In this document: positions 25,861 to 32,000 of the stretch, piece after piece
How the letters are laid out: the number at the start of each line of letters is the position of its first letter
Position numbering within the stretch: the first letter of the stretch is position 1
NCBI RefSeq assembly: GCF_000013905.1
Contig: NC_007969.1
Span: 1,260,001-1,292,000 of the forward strand
Direction: 5' to 3'
Length of the DNA: 32,000 nucleotides
Source: Psychrobacter cryohalolentis K5
Lineage (GTDB): Bacteria > Pseudomonadota > Gammaproteobacteria > Pseudomonadales > Moraxellaceae
The notes under the pieces: generated by a model
The model's input: the letters and a program-made list of their open reading frames with translations, nothing else
What the model was told of the DNA's origin: nothing
The model's database searches: none
Translations under genes and position numbers: made by a program

Positions 25861-26502
25861 AATATTATCCTTAAAAAATATGGGTAGAAATAGAAGAGGG
25901 AAGTTATCAAAAAAATATTTAAATAATAGAAGTCTTTATTCTAAAAACACCTAAAATACTCTAGATACGTATTACCATTTATTGCGATATATATTACACA
26001 TTATTGTCATACAGCATAAGACGCTTTTTATAACCTTACTGTATATCTTTAGCAAACGATGTGACGCTTAACCGTAGATATTGCAGTGTTTACAAGGATA
26101 AATACAAGCTTTATAAACTGGCTAGTACTGATTAAAAGCATTGCATAATCGTAGGTTTGATAATATATTGTTATCGATAAATGGATTTTCTATAACTTAT
26201 AGGTCTTATTTTAGCACAAACCAAAATCCTTTAACGGCAGAAAAATAGACCATCTTGTATACTGGCTTGTCTACATATTGCTATGGACATTAGTGGTTTT
26301 TGGACTTATTCGGTATGAATGTGTATAGTTAAGACCGTTTCTAACCTATTTAATAAGTACTTATTATTTATAAATGATGATGTTAATGTCGCTTTATACA
26401 GGTAGTTTTTATAATCAATGCACTTTAGTAGCGCGCATTTCATCATAGATACATTTTATTCTTGTTTACTATTATCTTACTCATCAATTAAAGGATTATA
26501 TT

Positions 26503-27903
26503 ATGTCAGACCGTTATGGTGATTTTGTTCAGTCGTCTATTGGTAAAAAGGTCGCAAAGAATTTGGGCTTACCAATGCCAGTAGATCTTGACCGTTTTGA
26601 TAGTGGTCAACCTTTGGTACGTGGCAGCGTGCTGGTTGGTCGTGCTAATGGTGGCGATAACGCAGTTAGTGCGTCAGTGGCTCGTATTTTGTCAGAGCTG
26701 CATACGGAAATCTTTGTAAATAGTGGTGATGACGTAAAAGATACCCTGTCGGATGCAGGCGTCAAAGCCAAAGCCAATACTGGCAGTGATGATAAGTTTA
26801 AAGTTTTATTGTTTGATGCCAGCAATATTAGCAATGCTGAAGAGCTCAAACAAGTGTACGAGTTCTTTCATAGCGTTGCGCGCCGTGTCGAAAAATCAGG
26901 TCGAGTGATCGTCATTGGTCGTCCACCAGAAGCGTTGACTGATATCGAAGCCGCATTGGCGCAGCGTGCCCTTGAAGGTTTTGTAAAATCAGTTGGTAAA
27001 GAGTTTAAACGTGGTATTACTGCACAGCTTATCTATGTGGAAGCAGGCGCAGAGCAGAATTTAGACTCAACGCTACGTTTTTTCACGTCAGCGCGTTCAG
27101 CTTATGTGTCAGGACAGGTCGTACGTGTCAGTAATGGTTCCAATGTCGATGTCGATTGGAACCAACCACTAGGTGGCAAAACCATGCTAGTCACTGGCGC
27201 AAGTCGCGGTATTGGTGAAGCAATTGCCCGTGTATTGGCTCGTGAAGGGGCGCATGTTATTTGTTTAGATGTACCACAGCAGCAAGCTGACTTGCAGAAA
27301 GTGGCAAGTGAAATTAGTGGTTCGGCTTTGACGGTGGATATTACCAGTGCTGATGCTGGTAAAGAAATCGCAGAAGCTGCACAAAAACGTGGTGGTTTGG
27401 ATTCAGTGATTCATAATGCTGGTATCACACGCGATAAAACACTAGCAAACATGGATGATAAACAGTGGGATATGGTGCTCAATATCAATTTGGGCAGTAT
27501 CGCTAAGCTCAACCGTTATTTACTAGATAACGATGTACTAAAAGATGCTGCACGTATCGTCTGTGTGTCATCAATCTCAGGTATCGCTGGCAACTTGGGT
27601 CAAACCAACTATGCGACTTCAAAAGCTGGTGTCATTGGTTTAGTCAATGCAACCGCCAAGCAGCTAGAAGACAATGCAAAAGGCATGACCATCAATGCAG
27701 TTGCGCCAGGATTTATCGAAACGCAAATGACTGAAGCGATTCCATTTGCTATCCGTGAAGCAGGTCGTCGTATGAACTCGATGAGCCAAGGCGGTTTACC
27801 AGTCGATGTTGCAGAAACCATCGCATGGTTTGCATCGCCTGCTTCTGGTGGTCTAAATGGCAACGTTGTCCGCGTTTGTGGTCAAAGCTTATTGGGTGCA
27901 TAA
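26503..27903 (+). CDS. Two-domain (high-molecular-weight) 3-oxoacyl reductase, FabG4-like SDR
   Basis: 466 aa. It has an N-terminal ~220-aa non-canonical Rossmann-like domain and a C-terminal classical SDR with TGASRGIGEAIA, NAGITRD and the catalytic S...YATSKAG. This is the same architecture as mycobacterial FabG4 (from memory). Confidence 0.85.
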   Translation: MSDRYGDFVQSSIGKKVAKNLGLPMPVDLDRFDSGQPLVRGSVLVGRANGGDNAVSASVARILSELHTEIFVNSGDDVKDTLSDAGVKAKANTGSDDKFKVLLFDASNISNAEELKQVYEFFHSVARRVEKSGRVIVIGRPPEALTDIEAALAQRALEGFVKSVGKEFKRGITAQLIYVEAGAEQNLDSTLRFFTSARSAYVSGQVVRVSNGSNVDVDWNQPLGGKTMLVTGASRGIGEAIARVLAREGAHVICLDVPQQQADLQKVASEISGSALTVDITSADAGKEIAEAAQKRGGLDSVIHNAGITRDKTLANMDDKQWDMVLNINLGSIAKLNRYLLDNDVLKDAARIVCVSSISGIAGNLGQTNYATSKAGVIGLVNATAKQLEDNAKGMTINAVAPGFIETQMTEAIPFAIREAGRRMNSMSQGGLPVDVAETIAWFASPASGGLNGNVVRVCGQSLLGA

Positions 27904-28042
27904 TTGTCCTAATACCATATGAAAATGCAGATAATAACGAGGGATATGTGAGCCATAAAGCTGGTCGCTGATTGCTTTTATTAAGCAAGGTATTGAGGTT
28001 ACTTCACATATGCTTACGAAAAAACTGCTCATAACTTGTAAT

Positions 28043-28067
28043 AAAGCTGCCCAAGGGTGGCTTTTTT
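28043..28067 (+). terminator. Rho-independent terminator after the FabG4-like gene
   Basis: AAAGCTGCCC-aa-GGGTGGCTTTTTT, an 8-bp stem with two G-T pairs plus a T-run. Confidence 0.6.
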
Positions 28068-28201
28068 ATGATAAAAACAAAGTGACAATAAGCCAAACAC
28101 CGTTGCGCCTATTTTAGGATTTCATCTTATATTTTAGTCATCGAATTCATAGCATATTAAATGCCATCAAAAAACTACTCAATCCCAACTTAGGATGTAT
28201 T

Positions 28202-29119
28202 ATGTCAGACAAACATTATGATGCATTGCCCAAAGCGCATACTACCTATGCAAATATTGTCAAAAGCCTATTGCCTATCGGTAATAATGGTAAAGTTAGC
28301 CGCGATGAGTTGCCGCAAGCGACGTATTTTGTAGATGATTTGCATGTCGATCAAAGTAATCTAAATGATTATCGTAAAATTTGCGGCTTTGCAGACGATG
28401 GCAATGTGCCAATTACGTATTTTTCGGTGCTGTCACAGGCATTACAGATGAATATGATGGTCAAAGAGCCATTTCCATTTGCTATGCTAGGACTGGTTCA
28501 CGTCGATAACAGCGTGACCCAGTATCGTGCCATTGAGCAGAGTGAAACAGTTGCTATGTCAGTGATGTTTGATAATTTGCGTGACCATGCCCAAGGTCAG
28601 CAGTTTGATTTTGTCACCACGGTAAAAGCAGAAGACGAAATCATTTGGGAAGGCACGTCGACTTATCTATCACGCAGCAAAAAACCTGCCAGCAGTAAGG
28701 ACAAAAAGAGTACGCCGCGTCCAGTAGCCGTTAAGCCATCAATCAATGAAGAGGGTGTTCACAGTATTTTTGAAGTGCCAGAAGATATCGGTCGCCGTTA
28801 TGCGTTTGTCTCTGGTGATTTTAACCTGATACATTTGCATCCATTATCAGCGCGTGCCTTTGGTTTTCCAAAAGCTATTGCTCATGGTATGTGGTCAAAA
28901 GCTAAGTGTTTGGCGATGATGGGCGAGCTGCCTGATGCTTGTACGGTTGAGGTGTCATTTAAGCTGCCTATTTTCTTACCATCTGAAGTAGAGCTTATCG
29001 CTGATCCACTTGCTCAGTTAAAAGGCGCAGAAGATACTTGCCAGTTTGGTTTGTTTAGTGCAAAAAATGACAAGCCGCATCTTGCTGGTGTGATTACCTT
29101 GCAGGATGAAGCAAAGTAA
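28202..29119 (+). CDS. MaoC-like (R)-specific enoyl-CoA hydratase/dehydratase, HtdX-like double hot-dog
   Basis: 305 aa. The hydratase-2 motif FVSGDFNLIHLHPLSARAFGFPKAIAHGMW is in the C-terminal half. The N-terminal half is a degenerate hot-dog. Confidence 0.82.
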   Translation: MSDKHYDALPKAHTTYANIVKSLLPIGNNGKVSRDELPQATYFVDDLHVDQSNLNDYRKICGFADDGNVPITYFSVLSQALQMNMMVKEPFPFAMLGLVHVDNSVTQYRAIEQSETVAMSVMFDNLRDHAQGQQFDFVTTVKAEDEIIWEGTSTYLSRSKKPASSKDKKSTPRPVAVKPSINEEGVHSIFEVPEDIGRRYAFVSGDFNLIHLHPLSARAFGFPKAIAHGMWSKAKCLAMMGELPDACTVEVSFKLPIFLPSEVELIADPLAQLKGAEDTCQFGLFSAKNDKPHLAGVITLQDEAK

Positions 29120-29150
29120 AATATAATTTTTATATCAAAAATCATTACTA

Positions 29151-29738
29151 TTGAACACATTTATCCTTATGACTTTACATGAAAATTCAAAAAGCACCGA
29201 ATGCTCTGCTCATTCAGCTGCGGTAGACAAAGCAACAGTTGCTGATGCTAGCAGTGCCGACACTAGTAGCAACGATAATGGCAACGATAATGGCATCGAT
29301 CTTGCCACCATATTTGAGCCATATTTTCGTCCTGATGAAAATACCATCGTATGCGGTGCGCTTGATGATGAAAAGGTGGCCGCATTGGCAGCAGCTGGAG
29401 TTGAGTTGGTTATTAACTTGCAGCCTGATGAAGAGCTGAAATTCGATGAAAGTACAGCTGTAGAGCAGGCAGGCATGCAATACGAGCATTTACCTATCAA
29501 TGGTACTGCTGACTTGAAACAGCTTAAAATACTGGCGTTTGATAACATACTACGTCAGCATCATGGCAAAAAAATTGCCATGCATTGTGGCTCTGGCAAT
29601 CGTGTTGGCGCTGCCATAGCCTTACGGGCTGGTTGGTTACGTGGACGTAAAATGGATACGGCTATGGAGCGTGGGCGTAGTCATGGTTTGACTAAACTTG
29701 CAGAAGAGGTTCATAATCGATTGCTAGTACCGCGTTAA
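29151..29738 (+). CDS. DUF442 / beta-lactamase-hydrolase-like phosphatase-fold (CX4R) protein
   Basis: The C-terminal ~140 aa carry the P-loop HCGSGNRVGAA typical of the DUF442 sulfurtransferase/phosphatase-like family. The N-terminal ~50 aa are polar low-complexity (SSADTSSNDNGNDNG). The start is uncertain (TTG 29151 or ATG 29169, neither with a good Shine-Dalgarno). Confidence 0.65.
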   Translation: MNTFILMTLHENSKSTECSAHSAAVDKATVADASSADTSSNDNGNDNGIDLATIFEPYFRPDENTIVCGALDDEKVAALAAAGVELVINLQPDEELKFDESTAVEQAGMQYEHLPINGTADLKQLKILAFDNILRQHHGKKIAMHCGSGNRVGAAIALRAGWLRGRKMDTAMERGRSHGLTKLAEEVHNRLLVPR

Positions 29739-29759
29739 ATCATAAATATCCCTAACAAT

Positions 29760-29789
29760 AAAAAAGGCGACCTTAGGGTTGCCTTTTTT
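29760..29789. terminator. Bidirectional-looking rho-independent terminator after the DUF442 gene
   Basis: AAAAAAGGCGACC-ttag-GGTTGCCTTTTTT, a 9-bp stem with one G-T pair. Confidence 0.8.
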
Positions 29790-29904
29790 ATTGTGTGATA
29801 CATTATAAAAATATTTTGGAGGATAGAGATTTTTTATGCTGATAAGATGTATGACAGGCTTTAAACTGAATAACTTCATAAATATAAAATAGAACAGGGC
29901 ACTT

Positions 29905-31377
29905 ATGAAAAATAATAATGAAAGCATCTCTACAGCTACCCAGCAAAACGCTACCGTAGGTACATATACTGACAATCATATCCAACGTCGCCTTCAACAG
30001 TTGCTAACAGATTTGCAGCTTGATGATGCGCCGGCAGGCGGCGCATTAGTGGTTTATAAAGCTGGCAAATGTATCGCACAGGCAAGTGTGGGACTGGCAC
30101 GTGCTGATTTATCATGGAATCCAGATACTTTATCATTGAACTTTTCGACTGGTAAAGGCATCTTGACGACACTGGTTCATGTATTGGTATCACAGAAAAA
30201 ACTGGATTATGACCTACCGATTGCCTATTACTGGTCAGCATTTGGCGCGCAAAATAAAGAGAAAATTACTTTACGCAGTGTGATGTCGCATCAAGCCGAT
30301 CTATTTTCGATTCAAAGTATTGACCTCGATAATGAAACTGTCCTTGATTGGAATATGATGCTAGAGAAAATTGCAGCAATGCCTGTGACTGCCCCTGAGC
30401 AGGCGGAATTATACGACAGTGCTTACAGTGCCTTGGTCTATGGTTGGGTGCTGGGCGGCATGATAGAAGCCGTTACTGCGATGCCACTGGCTCAAGCATT
30501 ACGCCATTATCTAACAGAGCCATTAGGTATTGCCAACAGCTGCTACTTTGGTGTACCAGAAAATCAGGTCGACAAGGTTGCGCGATTGGTTAAAAACTTT
30601 GAGTCAGTAGAAGAAGTGTCAGAAAATGCACAAGAAAGCTCACAACCGCAGTCACGTTCCCGCCGTCATAAACCAGTTTTAAAACCAGATTCAGTAGATA
30701 CCTTGCAAACTTATAGCGATTTACCAAGCTATGCCTGCTGGCAACAACAAGCAGCCAATCAGTATGTAATCCAATCAGTAACAGCTGATAATAAAGAGCA
30801 GAGAGGGAAAGTATTGCCAACATTGGATACGGCACAAATCAACCGTTTATACTTTGATAACAGTCAGCTGAATCTTAAAAACTATAAAGCAGCCCTGTTA
30901 CTTGCGAGCAAAGAGCCGATTGACTATTACCATCCGCAGACTTTACAAGCTACTATCCCTGCTGCCAATGGCGTCGCATCAGCACATGCACTGGCGACGA
31001 TTTATGCGATGTTGGCTAATGGTGGTATGTGGCAAGGGAAAACACTCATTGATGAAACAACTTTTAAGCAGCTATCAACGCCGCAAGTCACTGGTATGGA
31101 TGCCGTTATGCCAGCCCATATGGATTGGCGCTTGGGTTATCATCGCCGCTTTAGTATCTGTGATAGCGATAGTTTTGAGGTAAACACTCACGATACAAAA
31201 TTTCATGCGCCACAAAGTTTTGGACATATGGGCTATAACGGTTCGGTTGCATGGTGCGACCCTGAGCGGCAGCTATCGTTTGCCTTTGTCCATAATTTTG
31301 ATGTGACCATGCTCAATGATATCCGCCAGTTTGCGCTGACGGAAGCCATACTAGGTCTAATTGATGCTGAGATTTAA
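29905..31377 (+). CDS. Serine hydrolase of the beta-lactamase/class-C esterase (family VIII-like) fold
   Basis: 490 aa. It has the S-x-x-K nucleophile motif in NFSTGKGILT, a Tyr motif YSALVYG and the C-terminal FGHMGYNGS box. A Ser/Gln-rich insert (VSENAQESSQPQSRSRRHKP) interrupts the fold. Confidence 0.75.
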   Translation: MKNNNESISTATQQNATVGTYTDNHIQRRLQQLLTDLQLDDAPAGGALVVYKAGKCIAQASVGLARADLSWNPDTLSLNFSTGKGILTTLVHVLVSQKKLDYDLPIAYYWSAFGAQNKEKITLRSVMSHQADLFSIQSIDLDNETVLDWNMMLEKIAAMPVTAPEQAELYDSAYSALVYGWVLGGMIEAVTAMPLAQALRHYLTEPLGIANSCYFGVPENQVDKVARLVKNFESVEEVSENAQESSQPQSRSRRHKPVLKPDSVDTLQTYSDLPSYACWQQQAANQYVIQSVTADNKEQRGKVLPTLDTAQINRLYFDNSQLNLKNYKAALLLASKEPIDYYHPQTLQATIPAANGVASAHALATIYAMLANGGMWQGKTLIDETTFKQLSTPQVTGMDAVMPAHMDWRLGYHRRFSICDSDSFEVNTHDTKFHAPQSFGHMGYNGSVAWCDPERQLSFAFVHNFDVTMLNDIRQFALTEAILGLIDAEI

Positions 31378-31434
31378 TCAGCATTATTGCTTTATAAATA
31401 GCATTTTTTAGTTAAAGAAATACTGTTCATCTTA

Positions 31435-32000
31435 TTATTGCGCTTTGTTTGGTGTCATTTTAAGCAGCTGTTTTGCTGTTAGACCATGTATAAAAATAGA
31501 CGCTAAAATTACAATTGAGCACACTATCCAAAGTTTAAGGGCATCTTCATCATTAAAAAACCCTTGGTTGAGTGCATAAGATAAGTAGTACAGGGTACCG
31601 ATGCCGCGGATACCTAGGGCTGATATGGCGTATTTTTCAGTACGCGGTAGATTCAGCCCTGATAAGGCAATAAAGCCGCCAAGCGGACGAATCAATAATA
31701 AAAAAGTAAAGCTGACGATATAGACGCGCCATGTTAGCTCAACGCCAGCTTGTAGACCTTGTCCAAGGAACATGCCAAAGATGACAAGCACCAGTGACAT
31801 GAGTAAACCTTCTGATTGCTCAGCAAAATCATGTAATTTATGATGGTAAGTGTGTTCAGATTCTGAACGACGGAACGCAAATGCCGCGACGAACACGGCA
31901 ATAAAGCCATAACTATGGACGTATTCTGCCAATCCATATGCCACCAAAGTTAAGGCAATGACCACATAACCTTGAGACATAGTCGTCTCACGGCTATACT
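31435..32000 (-). CDS. Cation/H+ antiporter (Na+/H+ exchanger family), C-terminal part; gene continues beyond the window
   Basis: It is polytopic and hydrophobic, with the ALGIRGIGTLYYLSYAL block typical of CPA-type exchangers. The reading frame stays open upstream of the first Met up to the window edge. Confidence 0.7.
   Translation of the reverse strand, partial: YSRETTMSQGYVVIALTLVAYGLAEYVHSYGFIAVFVAAFAFRRSESEHTYHHKLHDFAEQSEGLLMSLVLVIFGMFLGQGLQAGVELTWRVYIVSFTFLLLIRPLGGFIALSGLNLPRTEKYAISALGIRGIGTLYYLSYALNQGFFNDEDALKLWIVCSIVILASIFIHGLTAKQLLKMTPNKAQ

Noticed and set aside
26171-26180. A 10-bp perfect palindrome TTATCGATAA in the thiolase/FabG4-like divergent region, as a possible operator.
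   Set aside because: Short A/T-rich palindromes are expected by chance in a 642-bp AT-rich spacer. It has no second copy or flanking symmetry and does not stand out statistically.
29210-29548. Three overlapping ORFs (112, 91 and 66 aa) inside or antisense to the DUF442 gene.
   Set aside because: They are low-complexity shadows of the Ser/Ala/Asn-rich coding region, with no RBS and no recognisable domains. The sense DUF442 frame carries the conserved HCGSGNR motif.
31378-31434. A possible terminator between the convergent hydrolase and antiporter genes (TGCT-ttataaat-AGCA followed by TTTTTT).
   Set aside because: Only a 4-bp stem can be drawn, which is too weak to call.

Overview
The window looks like a chromosomal segment of a Moraxellaceae (Psychrobacter-like) gamma-proteobacterium. 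That assignment rests on gene content, AT-rich intergenic DNA and protein style, and is not verified.

Most of the window is housekeeping:
- aceE-aceF (pyruvate dehydrogenase E1/E2) and ompW
- a KvAP-like voltage-gated K+ channel
- rsmG-parA-parB
- exbB/exbD-msbA-lpxK-kdsB
- holB-pilZ and ppk2
- a FadA2/FabG4/HtdX-like thiolase-reductase-dehydratase module
- a DUF442 phosphatase-like protein and a serine hydrolase of the beta-lactamase fold
- the 3' part of a cation/H+ antiporter gene running off the right edge

I recognised no rRNA, tRNA, CRISPR array, transposase or integrase.

The one block that housekeeping does not explain is a co-directional minus-strand cluster at about 7.6-13.0 kb. It encodes a 975-aa Lon-like protease (degenerate P-loop ATPase plus an intact S16 Ser-Lys protease domain, with poly-lysine tails), a WYL-domain transcriptional regulator and a TerD-domain protein, and it ends in a single clean terminator. 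This is my best candidate for an undescribed regulated proteolysis, stress-response or phage-response module.

Secondary observations:
- a 25-bp perfect palindrome upstream of ompW
- a 20-bp perfect hairpin between rsmG and parA
- GGTTAT repeats in front of the WYL gene
- a Cys-rich tail-anchored mini-protein and a 29-codon micro-ORF flanking the K+ channel
- an Ala/Lys-rich histone-like N-terminal extension on the thiolase
- low-complexity insertions in many otherwise conserved proteins
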